From IMG/VR virus record IMGVR_UViG_3300012346_000469: DNA of 64,000 nt, one strand, 5' to 3'. Positions 17,786 to 26,265 of this stretch are shown one piece after another. This DNA is from an uncultured virus (IMG/VR IMGVR_UViG_3300012346_000469) (taxonomy: Duplodnaviria; Heunggongvirae; Uroviricota; Caudoviricetes). Made by a program: the position numbers and the translations under genes. The notes under the pieces were generated by a model that was given only the letters and a program-made list of their open reading frames with translations, was not told where the DNA came from and searched no databases. Each line of letters opens with the position of its first letter. Position 1 is the stretch's first letter.

Positions 17786-18238
17786 ATGACTGAACAAATT
17801 CGTGATAAACGTCAAACTGCATCTCGTGAAGCAGACGCTCGCCCAGCGAAGTGGATGCCTCCCCAGCTTCTGCCTGACCCTCATCCAGAGGCAGGCTATG
17901 CGTTTCGCTGGATTCGGATCAGCATGATGAACGATGATGACCCTCGTAACATTTCAGCAAAACTCCGTGAAGGTTGGGAACCTGTAAAGGCTTCAGACCA
18001 CCCCGAAGTCAAGTTGTTCGGCTCGGCCAATGGCCGGTTCCCAGACAGCATTGAAGTCGGCGGCCTGTTGCTTTGCAAAACCCCAGCTGAGTTCGTCGAT
18101 CAGCGTAATGCGTACTACAACAATCAAGCTGAGTCGCAGATGCAGTCGGTGGATAGCAGCTACATGCGTGAAAATGATCCGCGGATGCCTATGTTCAAAG
18201 AACGTAAGTCCACGGTCACTTTCGGTAAAGGTCTTTAA
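17786..18238 (+). CDS. conserved head-module protein
   Basis: FRWIR..REGWEPV..GGLLLC motif. Confidence 0.75.
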   Translation: MTEQIRDKRQTASREADARPAKWMPPQLLPDPHPEAGYAFRWIRISMMNDDDPRNISAKLREGWEPVKASDHPEVKLFGSANGRFPDSIEVGGLLLCKTPAEFVDQRNAYYNNQAESQMQSVDSSYMRENDPRMPMFKERKSTVTFGKGL

Positions 18239-18256
18239 TTTTTTTGGAGTATCCAA

Positions 18257-18835
18257 ATGGCTTATCCTACAGTCAGCGCTCCGTACGGCTTGAAGCCCAT
18301 CAATTCTCTTGATGGCAAGCCTTACGCCGGCGCATTCCGCCAGATTCCTATGGCATCTGGCTACACTGCCACCTTCTTTGGTGACGCAGTGCTCATCGTT
18401 GACGGCTACCTGAACAAGGACACCGGCACCACAGCAGCCACCCCTTGCGGCGTGTTTGTTGGCGGTTCCTACACCAACTCCATGGGTCAAACCGTTTACG
18501 CTCAGAACCTGCCAGCCGGCGCTACAAACCCAGTGGGTTATGTGGTTGACGACCAGCAAGCTCTGTTCAAAGTGGCCGTCGTGTCTGGCACTACCGTGAT
18601 TGCTGGCGTGAGCCGCAGCGTGGTTGGCTCCAACATGGCTCTGGTGCAAAACGCAGGCAACACCACCACTGGTGATTCCGGCGTTGCAGTGCTGTCGACC
18701 AGCACGAACACCACCGCTACTTTGCCAATCCGCGTGATCGACGTTGTGCCCGACACAGCTACCGGTACGGATTCGTATGTGGAACTGTTGGTGAAAATCA
18801 ACACCCACCAGTACAACAACACCACCGGTGTCTAA
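18257..18835 (+). CDS. capsid decoration / minor capsid protein
   Basis: APYGLKP N-terminus, beta-rich, immediately upstream of the MCP. Confidence 0.7.
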   Translation: MAYPTVSAPYGLKPINSLDGKPYAGAFRQIPMASGYTATFFGDAVLIVDGYLNKDTGTTAATPCGVFVGGSYTNSMGQTVYAQNLPAGATNPVGYVVDDQQALFKVAVVSGTTVIAGVSRSVVGSNMALVQNAGNTTTGDSGVAVLSTSTNTTATLPIRVIDVVPDTATGTDSYVELLVKINTHQYNNTTGV

Positions 18836-18845
18836 GGAGTAAATC

Positions 18846-19754
18846 ATGGCAATTTCACGCGCACAGCTGCTCAAAGAACTGTTGCCCGGCCTGAACGCTT
18901 TGTTCGGTCTGGAGTATGCAACCTACGGCCAAGAGCACAAAGAAATCTACGAAACCGAAACATCGGAGCGTAGCTTTGAAGAAGAAACGAAACTGTCTGG
19001 TTTCTCTGCAGCTCCTGTCAAGAACGAAGGCTCCGCCATCGCTTATGACAACGCTCAAGAAGCATGGACCGCTCGTTACAACCACGAAACCATCGCCATG
19101 GGCTTCTCCATCACGGAAGAAGCAGTGGAAGACAACCTGTACGACAGCTTGTCTAGCCGCTACACCAAGGCCCTGGCCCGCGGTATGGCTTACACCAAGC
19201 AGGTGAAAGCCGCTGCCGTGTTGAACAACGCGTTTGCCGCTGGCGTTACCTACGGTGACGGCGTGTCCCTGTGCTCCACAGCACACCCGCTGATCTCCGG
19301 TGGCACCAACAGCAACCGTCCTTCCACCGCTGCCGACTTGAACGAAACATCGTTGGAAAACGCTGTGATTCAGATCGCCGGTTGGACAGACGAACGCGGC
19401 CTGTTGATCGCTGCCAAGCCCAAGAAGCTGATTGTTCCTCCAGCATTGCAATTCGTTGCAACTCGCCTGTTGGAAACCAATCTGCGTGTTGGCACAACTG
19501 ACAACGACATCAACGCCATCAAGAACAACGGCTCCATCCCTGGTGGCTATGCAATCAACCACTGGTTGACTGACACCAACGCCTGGTTCCTGATGACTGA
19601 CGTGCCAAACGGTCTGAAGCACTTCGTTCGTACTCCGCTGCAAAACAGCATGGACGGCGATTTCGACACCGGCAACGTGCGTTACAAGGCTCGCGAGCGT
19701 TACAGCTTCGGCGTGTCTGATCCCCTGGGTATCTACGGCTCCCCTGGCGCCTAA
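18846..19754 (+). CDS. major capsid protein (BPP-1 Bbp17-like HK97 fold)
   Basis: MAISRAQLLKELLPGLNALFG...RYKARERYSFG; strongly biased codons; followed by a terminator. Confidence 0.92.
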   Translation: MAISRAQLLKELLPGLNALFGLEYATYGQEHKEIYETETSERSFEEETKLSGFSAAPVKNEGSAIAYDNAQEAWTARYNHETIAMGFSITEEAVEDNLYDSLSSRYTKALARGMAYTKQVKAAAVLNNAFAAGVTYGDGVSLCSTAHPLISGGTNSNRPSTAADLNETSLENAVIQIAGWTDERGLLIAAKPKKLIVPPALQFVATRLLETNLRVGTTDNDINAIKNNGSIPGGYAINHWLTDTNAWFLMTDVPNGLKHFVRTPLQNSMDGDFDTGNVRYKARERYSFGVSDPLGIYGSPGA

Positions 19755-19770
19755 TTCCCCTGCGGAAAGT

Positions 19771-19801
19771 GAGAAGGGCCCCTTGTGGGCCCTTTTCTTT
19801 T
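19771..19801 (+). terminator. intrinsic terminator after the MCP gene
   Basis: GAGAAGGGCCC/GGGCCCTTTTC hairpin plus T-run. Confidence 0.85.
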
Positions 19802-19818
19802 GGGGTATATTGGGGCAT

Positions 19819-19893
19819 CCGGGCTTTCCGGTGTATCGGACCAGTCCCGGCTGGACATCATGCTGATTGATACACCGTTCACTGCATGAAGGA
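19819..19893 (+). ncRNA. candidate double-pseudoknot cis-regulatory RNA
   Basis: four complementary segment pairs (see findings); TATATT -10-like hexamer at 19806-19811. Confidence 0.55.
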
Positions 19894-19900
19894 AATCATC

Positions 19901-20356
19901 ATGGGTCAATCCACATTCTCCGGTCCAGTCCGTGCTGGCACCATCCAAAACACCACTGGCACCACTGTTGGCACAGACATCGCCAACGTAGGCTACATGG
20001 TCATGGCCCAATCGGCTGCGTTCACGCAAGCCAGCGGCGCCACCACAATCGTGATCCCGGCCAACAGCCAGATTCTGTCGATCGACGTCAACGTGACCAC
20101 TGAGTTCACCGGCGTTGCCACCACGTTTGGTGTCGGCACAACCGCTTCCGCTACCTTCCTGACGGCCGCTGGCGCTGTGGACGGCGCGGCCTTTGGCATC
20201 GTGGCTGCAGCCCCCGGCGACGACGCAACCCGCGCAGCCAACTGGGTTGACGTGGGCACCACAGACCGCAAGATTTTGGTGACAGCTACCAACACCGGCT
20301 CCGGCGCTGGCGTGATCACCGTCACGTACATCCAAGGTCTGAACCTGTCGGTTTAA
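19901..20356 (+). CDS. virion structural protein (head decoration/fibre-like)
   Basis: TFSGPVRAG N-terminus, T/A/G-rich; AAGGA SD. Confidence 0.75.
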   Translation: MGQSTFSGPVRAGTIQNTTGTTVGTDIANVGYMVMAQSAAFTQASGATTIVIPANSQILSIDVNVTTEFTGVATTFGVGTTASATFLTAAGAVDGAAFGIVAAAPGDDATRAANWVDVGTTDRKILVTATNTGSGAGVITVTYIQGLNLSV

Positions 20357-20363
20357 TTGATCT

Positions 20364-20381
20364 CGGGGGCTTCGGCCCCCG
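20364..20381 (+). other. stable cUUCGg hairpin without a U-tract
   Basis: CGGGGGC-TTCG-GCCCCCG. Confidence 0.7.
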
Positions 20382-20399
20382 CTTCACAGGAGATTGATT

Positions 20400-21155
20400 A
20401 TGGGAACTTCCGTCGTTTCATCCGTCACACGTATGGGGCTGTTTGAGCCGTTCGACCTTCAGGTTGCGCGTGGCCACATCACCATGCACAGCACGGTCAA
20501 CATCTACGGCTTTCAGGTGTCGGTGTCGACCACCAACATCCCAATTTGGGAGGTGGCCGGGGCGTACACATACCCGGTAACCGCCGCGACAATGAACTTG
20601 GCCAGCAGCGTCAACACGGGCGCGGATTTGTCGGGCACGACAATCTTGATTCAAGGGTTAGACGCCAGCTACAACATGATTTCGGAGACGGTTGCGCTGA
20701 CTGGCACAACCCCAGCTGTGACCACGAAATCGTATTTGCGGATCAACGGGATGCAGGTGACTGCGGGGGCCCCAACCGGCACCATCACGCTGAAAAACCT
20801 CACGAACACCGTGACCTATGCGCAAATTAACCCCAGTATCGGGCGCGCGCAGATGGCAATTTATACGGTCCCAGCGGGGTTCACGTTCTACTTGAGCCGG
20901 ATCGACGCGTACACGTCCGCAAACGGATCGTCCGCCGACTGGATTCAGTACCGCAACGTTGCCACAACTGCTTTGGGTGTTACGACCCTGTCGCAGCAGG
21001 CGCCGTTCACCAATACGTACCACGCACAGCGCGTTATGCCACGGCCGTTCACCGAGAAGACGGACATCCAGCTACAAGCAAAAACCAGCGCGAATACGTA
21101 CGCTGTGTCCATCGCTGCAGAGGGGTACCTGATTCAAAACAACGGGCAGGCGTAA
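20400..21155 (+). CDS. virion structural protein
   Basis: LQVARG, IQGLD.SY, AIYTVPAG motifs. Confidence 0.75.
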   Translation: MGTSVVSSVTRMGLFEPFDLQVARGHITMHSTVNIYGFQVSVSTTNIPIWEVAGAYTYPVTAATMNLASSVNTGADLSGTTILIQGLDASYNMISETVALTGTTPAVTTKSYLRINGMQVTAGAPTGTITLKNLTNTVTYAQINPSIGRAQMAIYTVPAGFTFYLSRIDAYTSANGSSADWIQYRNVATTALGVTTLSQQAPFTNTYHAQRVMPRPFTEKTDIQLQAKTSANTYAVSIAAEGYLIQNNGQA

Positions 21156-21157
21156 CG

Positions 21158-21364
21158 ATGAAAGACCCATTCGCAAACCTCGACGAAACCTTGAAGCATG
21201 TTGTTGATGGGCTTTCAGTTATTACCGTTTTAGGGACGCTTGTGGAGATGCTTCCATCAATCGCAGCAATATTCACGATTGTGTGGACCGGCATCCGCAT
21301 CTACGAAACCGACACGGTGCAAAGATTGTTTGGCCGCAAAGGCAAGCAGCCTTCGGCCGACTAA
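21158..21364 (+). CDS. small membrane protein (holin-like)
   Basis: two hydrophobic segments and a basic C-terminus. Confidence 0.6.
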   Translation: MKDPFANLDETLKHVVDGLSVITVLGTLVEMLPSIAAIFTIVWTGIRIYETDTVQRLFGRKGKQPSAD

Positions 21365-21384
21365 TAAACCAGCAAGGTGACGCA

Positions 21385-21579
21385 ATGAAACACGAAGACG
21401 TGAAAATGGACAAGGCCCTGATGCAGAAGGCCGTGAACAAACACGAGAGCCGCCTGCACAAAGGGCAACCAATGACCAAGCTGGCCAAAGGCGGCTTCAC
21501 AAAATCCGCTGACGGTATTGCCTCCAAGGGCAAAACCAAAGGCACAATGGTCGCCATGTGTGGCGGCGGAAAAATGTGA
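21385..21579 (+). CDS. small basic protein with LAKGG and ADGIASKGKTKG motifs
   Basis: AAGG SD; internal ATG of ORF 21283..21579. Confidence 0.75.
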   Translation: MKHEDVKMDKALMQKAVNKHESRLHKGQPMTKLAKGGFTKSADGIASKGKTKGTMVAMCGGGKM

Positions 21580-21587
21580 GGACAAAC

Positions 21588-21881
21588 ATGAGTACAGCTG
21601 AACAACAAGCACGGCAGATGATTGCCGACAAGAAGGCCGCTGCAGCCGCAGAGAAGGCTTACAACGCCGCAAGCTCAACGCCTCCTGCTCCAATGCAAGC
21701 AGCGCCAGCCGCAAAGCCGCAGCGCTCTCCTGCTATTCAAGAAGCAATGCAAGAAGCGGAAGACGAAAAAGCTCGCAAGAAAATCAAAAGCATGGGGTAT
21801 GCCAAAGGTGGCTCCGTGTCTGCATCGAGCCGCGCAGATGGCATTGCCAAACGCGGCAAAACTCGCGGCAAGTTCTGCTAA
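21588..21881 (+). CDS. small basic protein with YAKGG and ADGIAKRGKTRG motifs
   Basis: GAGG SD. Confidence 0.75.
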   Translation: MSTAEQQARQMIADKKAAAAAEKAYNAASSTPPAPMQAAPAAKPQRSPAIQEAMQEAEDEKARKKIKSMGYAKGGSVSASSRADGIAKRGKTRGKFC

Positions 21882-21890
21882 GGATGGATC

Positions 21891-22469
21891 ATGGCAACAC
21901 GCAAACCACGTAAATTTGCAGAGGGTGGCGTCACCCCTGACGACCTTGAAATGGCCAATGCCTCCGAAGACCCAATCCAGGCATTGAATGCCCGCAANNN
22001 NNNNNNNNNNNNNNNNNNNNNNNNNNNNNNNNNNNNNNNNNNNNNNNNNNNNNNNNNNNNNNNNNNNNNNNNNNNNNNNNNNNNNNNNNNNNNNNNNNNN
22101 NNNNNNNNNNNNNNNNNNNNNNNNNNNNNNNNNNNNNNNNNNNNNNNNNNNNNNNNNNNNNNNNNNNNNNNNNNNNNNNNNNNNNNNNNNNNNNNNNNNN
22201 NNNNNNNNNNNNNNNNNNNNNNNNNNNNNNNNNNNNNNNNNNNNNNNNNNNNNNNNNNNNNNNNNNNNNNNNNNNNNNNNNNNNNNNNNNNNNNNNNNNN
22301 NNNNNNNNNNNNNNNNNNNNNNNNNNNNNNNNNNNNNNNNNNNNNNNNNNNNNNNNNNNNNNNNNTGTTGCCAGAGTCTGGCTACAAAAAGGGTGGCTCA
22401 GTCAGCCGGGCCTCTGGCCGTGCGGATGGCATTGCTCAGCGCGGCAAAACACGCGGGAAGATGGTCTGA
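21891..22469 (+). CDS. protein(s) with FAEGG, YKKGG and ADGIAQRGKTRG motifs, spanning the assembly gap
   Basis: in frame across 368 Ns; could be two genes. Confidence 0.55.
   Translation: MATRKPRKFAEGGVTPDDLEMANASEDPIQALNARXXXXXXXXXXXXXXXXXXXXXXXXXXXXXXXXXXXXXXXXXXXXXXXXXXXXXXXXXXXXXXXXXXXXXXXXXXXXXXXXXXXXXXXXXXXXXXXXXXXXXXXXXXXXXXXXXXXXXXXXXXXXLPESGYKKGGSVSRASGRADGIAQRGKTRGKMV
21998..22365. other. assembly gap (368 N)
   Basis: N run. Confidence 1.
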
Positions 22470-22471
22470 TC

Positions 22472-22765
22472 ATGCGTGCAAGTCGCGGCATGGGCGCCAT
22501 TGCCCCAAGCAAGATGCCCGGTGGGAAGCGCAAAGCTCGCCGGGATGACACCTCGTTCACGGAGAACGGGGTTGTTCGCGAGCGCCGCGACAACACTGAC
22601 TTCACCGACTACAACGCTGGCGGCAATGTTGGTTTGTACGCCAACATCAACGCAAAGCGAAAACGCATTGCCGCTGGTTCTGGTGAGAAAATGCGAAAAG
22701 TTGGAAGCGCGGGCGCTCCGACTGCAGGCGCATTTGCGCAATCGGCCAAAACTGCAAAGAAGTAA
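22472..22765 (+). CDS. small basic protein (MRASRGMGAI...YNAGG...GLYANINAKR)
   Basis: 97-aa K/R-rich ORF in the operon. Confidence 0.7.
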   Translation: MRASRGMGAIAPSKMPGGKRKARRDDTSFTENGVVRERRDNTDFTDYNAGGNVGLYANINAKRKRIAAGSGEKMRKVGSAGAPTAGAFAQSAKTAKK

Positions 22766-22768
22766 ACC

Positions 22769-23698
22769 ATGACCACATCAGGCACCACCACATTCGACAT
22801 GGACTTCACGGAGATAGCCGAGGAAGCATGGGAGCGTGCTGGTCGTGAGATGCGTACTGGCTACGATTTGCGAACAGCTCGACGTTCCATGAACCTCATG
22901 ACGATCGAGTGGCAAAACCGCGGCATCAACATGTGGACCATTGAGGAGGGCGCGCTGACGTTGACGCCAGGCCTCAACACCTATGCCTTGCCGCTGGATA
23001 CCATCGATTTGATGGAGCACGTCATTCGCACTGGTGCCAACTCAGCCTCAACCCAGGCCGACCTGAACATCACGCGCATCAGTGTTTCTACTTACGCCAC
23101 GATTCCCAACAAAATCCAGCAGGCACGCCCGATCCAGGTTTGGATTCAGCGCATGTCTGGCGTTCAATCGCCCACTGGCGCCACGTTGGCTGAGTCAATT
23201 GGCGCCACGGACACAACACTGACCTTGTCCACGACACAAGGCTTCGCTGCTGCAGGATTTGTGCGGATCGGCTCAGAGGACATCTACTACGGCTACATCG
23301 TTGGCAACACGCTGCAGGGCTGTTTCCGCGGCCAGAACAGCACGACGGCCGCCAGTCACTCTTCCGGCGACAGTATCATCAATCCGAATTTGCCTGCAAT
23401 CACCGTTTGGCCAACACCGGACAACACGACCACATACCAGTTTGTTTACTGGCGTCTGCGTCGCATCCAGGATGCCGGGTCCGGTATTCAGACTGGCGAC
23501 ATGAACTTCCGATTCTTGCCGCCTTTGGTTGCCGGCTTGGCCTACTACATCGCCATGAAGGTGCCTGAGCTGATGCCTCGCATGCAGATGCTCAAGCAAA
23601 CATACGACGAGCAGTTTGACCTGGCTGCCGGCGAAGATCGAGAGAAGGCGGCCGTGCGTTTCGTGCCGCGTCAGATGTTTATTGGTGGCAGCACGTAA
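22769..23698 (+). CDS. head-tail adaptor-like virion protein with inserted beta domain
   Basis: EEAWER..ARRSMNL..EW.NRG.N.WT and WPTPD motifs. Confidence 0.75.
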   Translation: MTTSGTTTFDMDFTEIAEEAWERAGREMRTGYDLRTARRSMNLMTIEWQNRGINMWTIEEGALTLTPGLNTYALPLDTIDLMEHVIRTGANSASTQADLNITRISVSTYATIPNKIQQARPIQVWIQRMSGVQSPTGATLAESIGATDTTLTLSTTQGFAAAGFVRIGSEDIYYGYIVGNTLQGCFRGQNSTTAASHSSGDSIINPNLPAITVWPTPDNTTTYQFVYWRLRRIQDAGSGIQTGDMNFRFLPPLVAGLAYYIAMKVPELMPRMQMLKQTYDEQFDLAAGEDREKAAVRFVPRQMFIGGST

Positions 23699-24087
23699 TG
23701 GGCAATCGGTTTGCATCCGGCAAGAAAAGCATCGCGGAATGCGATCGCTGCGGTCAGCAATTCAAGCTGAAAAAGCTGCGCACGGAAATCATCAAAACCA
23801 AGCAGTACCAGCTGCTGGTTTGCCCAGAGTGCTGGGACCCTGATCATCCGCAGCTTTTGCTTGGCATGTATCCGGTTGACGATCCGCAAGCGGTACGTAA
23901 CCCAAGGCGTGACACCACATACATCACGTCTGGAACTTTGTCTGATGGAAGCCCTGGCGGCGGCAGCAGACAGATTCAGTGGGGCTGGAACCCGGTCGGC
24001 GGGTCAAGCTATTTTGACGAGCTGTTGACTCCAAATAATTTGGTGGCGACAGGATATGTTGGTACAGTCACGGTTGTGACGAATTAA
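23698..24087 (+). CDS. Zn-finger virion-module protein
   Basis: CDRCG...CPECWDPDHPQL. Confidence 0.75.
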   Translation: MGNRFASGKKSIAECDRCGQQFKLKKLRTEIIKTKQYQLLVCPECWDPDHPQLLLGMYPVDDPQAVRNPRRDTTYITSGTLSDGSPGGGSRQIQWGWNPVGGSSYFDELLTPNNLVATGYVGTVTVVTN

Positions 24088-24097
24088 GGAGTCCATC

Positions 24098-24286
24098 ATG
24101 GCTTTCACAAAATCTGCAGACGGCATTGCAAAAAAAGGCAAGACGGCTGGCAAAAATTACGGCAACAGCGGCCCTTCCGTTGGCATTGAGCATGGCGGCA
24201 AAGGCAAAGCCGGCGGCAAAACCAATGAAGAAATGATGAAGCTGGGTCGCGGCATGGCCAAAGTGGCAAACCAAAAGCGAGGCTGA
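24098..24286 (+). CDS. small basic protein with ADGIAKKGKTAG motif
   Basis: AAGGAG SD. Confidence 0.75.
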   Translation: MAFTKSADGIAKKGKTAGKNYGNSGPSVGIEHGGKGKAGGKTNEEMMKLGRGMAKVANQKRG

Positions 24287-24288
24287 TC

Positions 24289-24555
24289 ATGGCAACATTT
24301 AGCAAAAAAATGGGCGGCAAAGAGGTTGGCCAAGCCAGCACTTACGCCAAGCCACACACCATGTCCGGCAAGGCTGTTCGCGCCCAGGAAAATCCTGGCA
24401 AGGGCGCAAACCAAAGCAAGCTCGACACCGTTGACATGTCTGTTGGCGCCATCAGCAAGTCGGCCGGCAATGAACCAACCAAAACCAGCGGCATCAAAAT
24501 CCGCGGCACTGGTGCAGCTACCAAGGGCGTAATGGCTCGCGGTCCAATGGCATAA
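24289..24555 (+). CDS. small basic protein (RGTGAATKG C-terminus)
   Basis: GAGG SD. Confidence 0.75.
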   Translation: MATFSKKMGGKEVGQASTYAKPHTMSGKAVRAQENPGKGANQSKLDTVDMSVGAISKSAGNEPTKTSGIKIRGTGAATKGVMARGPMA

Positions 24556-24563
24556 GGTAGGAC

Positions 24564-25223
24564 ATGAACTACACCGAGTTGAAAGCAAACATTGCCGTTG
24601 TCTGTGAAAACACTTTCACAGAGGACGAGTACGCGCTCTTCACCCAGCAGGCGGAGCAGCGCATCTACAACACGGTGCAGATTTCAAACCTTCGCAAGAA
24701 CGTGGTGGGCACAACCTCGGCAAGCAACAAGTATTTGTCTTGCCCAGGCGACTTTCTGTCCGCGTATTCGTTGGCTGTTGTGGATGCCGATGGCGAGTAC
24801 CACTTCCTGCTAAACAAGGATGTGAACTTCATCCGCGAAGCGTACCCCAAAGCCACGGACACCGGCTTCCCCAAGCACTACGCGATCTTTGGCCCTACCG
24901 TTGCCGGCGACACCGTCACGAACGAGCTGTCGTTCATTTTGGGCCCCACGCCCAATGGCGCGTACACAGCAGAGCTGCATTACTACTACTACCCCGAGTC
25001 GATCGTGACCGCCGGTGAGACGTGGTTGGGTGACAACTTTGACAGCGCGCTGCTCAACGGTGCCTTGGTTGAAGCCATTCGCTTCATGAAGGGTGAGGCC
25101 GATATGGTCAAGCTGTACCAAGACATGTACCTGCAAGCAATTGCACTCCTCAAGAACTTGGGCGACGGCAAGCAGCGCATGGACGCCTACCGCGACGGCC
25201 AAGTTCGGACACAAGTGAACTGA
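24564..25223 (+). CDS. tail adaptor / tail tubular protein A-like
   Basis: MNYTEL..QAEQRI..P.DFL..PKHYA..GPTP..LL.GAL.EA motifs. Confidence 0.75.
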   Translation: MNYTELKANIAVVCENTFTEDEYALFTQQAEQRIYNTVQISNLRKNVVGTTSASNKYLSCPGDFLSAYSLAVVDADGEYHFLLNKDVNFIREAYPKATDTGFPKHYAIFGPTVAGDTVTNELSFILGPTPNGAYTAELHYYYYPESIVTAGETWLGDNFDSALLNGALVEAIRFMKGEADMVKLYQDMYLQAIALLKNLGDGKQRMDAYRDGQVRTQVN

Positions 25224-25224
25224 T

Positions 25225-25632
25225 ATGTCGATCACCCAAGGCCTCACAACCGCCGCCAAAGAAGCCGCACTGGCGTATCTGGCGGAGGGCACCCTCAAGA
25301 TGGCGCTGTACACAGCAGCGGCAGACATCGGCAACAGCACGGCCGCGTACACCACGGATGGTGAAGTGGTCGGCACTGGCTACACGGCCGGCGGCGAGGT
25401 GCTCACAGGGGTGTCGGTTGCCGTCTCTGGCACCACGGCGTATCTGAATTTTGACAACGTCACATGGGACCCGGCGGACTTTACCGTTCGTGGGGCGCTC
25501 ATCTATAATCCCGGCTACGGCGACATTGCGGTTGCGGTCTTGGATTTTGGGGCAGACAAAACTGCCACGACCCAGTTCACGGTGCAGGCACCGGCTAACA
25601 CGGCGACAACCGCCATCATCCGTTTTGCATAA
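25225..25632 (+). CDS. virion tail protein
   Basis: KMALYT..GTGYTAGG..RGALIYN..VLDFG.DK motif. Confidence 0.75.
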   Translation: MSITQGLTTAAKEAALAYLAEGTLKMALYTAAADIGNSTAAYTTDGEVVGTGYTAGGEVLTGVSVAVSGTTAYLNFDNVTWDPADFTVRGALIYNPGYGDIAVAVLDFGADKTATTQFTVQAPANTATTAIIRFA

Positions 25633-25641
25633 GGAGCAAAC

Positions 25642-26220
25642 ATGTCCATCGAAATCGCAAAAGCCTGTGACGCCGTGCAAACCGGTCTGATCGCTGGTAC
25701 CCGCCACGCCGAGCAGGCATCTGCCACTGGCCGCTTCCGCATTGAGTGCCTCGACAAAGACGGCAACCTGAAGTGGGAAGCCGAGTCCAAGAACTTGGTG
25801 GTCAACGTCGGCCTGCAGTACATGGCTGGCACAGCCCTGACTTCCGTTGCCCAGATCACCACTTGGTACATCGGCCTGTACGGCGCTGGCGCATCGAACA
25901 CTCCTGCTGCTGGCGACACTGCGTCTTCGCACGCTGGCTGGACTGAAGTGGTGCCTTACAGCAACTCTACGCGCCCCACAGCGACGTTCGTCACCGCCAC
26001 CACGGCCAACCCCTCGGTTGTGACCAACAGCGCGTCCCCTGCCTCGTTCAGCATCAACGCCACGTCCACCGTGGGCGGCGCGTTCTTGATCAGCAACAGC
26101 ACCAAGAGCGGCACCACCGGCACCTTGTTCTCGGCTGCCGACTTCCAATCGCCCGGCGACCGCAGCGTGGTCAGCGGCGACACACTGAACGTGACCTACA
26201 CCTTCAGTCTTGCTGGTTGA
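25642..26220 (+). CDS. virion tail protein
   Basis: KW...NLVVNVG, WYIGL, GDTLNVTY motifs. Confidence 0.75.
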   Translation: MSIEIAKACDAVQTGLIAGTRHAEQASATGRFRIECLDKDGNLKWEAESKNLVVNVGLQYMAGTALTSVAQITTWYIGLYGAGASNTPAAGDTASSHAGWTEVVPYSNSTRPTATFVTATTANPSVVTNSASPASFSINATSTVGGAFLISNSTKSGTTGTLFSAADFQSPGDRSVVSGDTLNVTYTFSLAG

Positions 26221-26265
26221 TTTGCGGGGCGTAGCGGCCCCGCCTTGTTGCTTTTGAGGTAGCCA

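Noticed and set aside
21891..22469. Treating the ORF across the N gap as a single verified gene
   Set aside because: Gap length and content are unknown, so frame continuity may be coincidental
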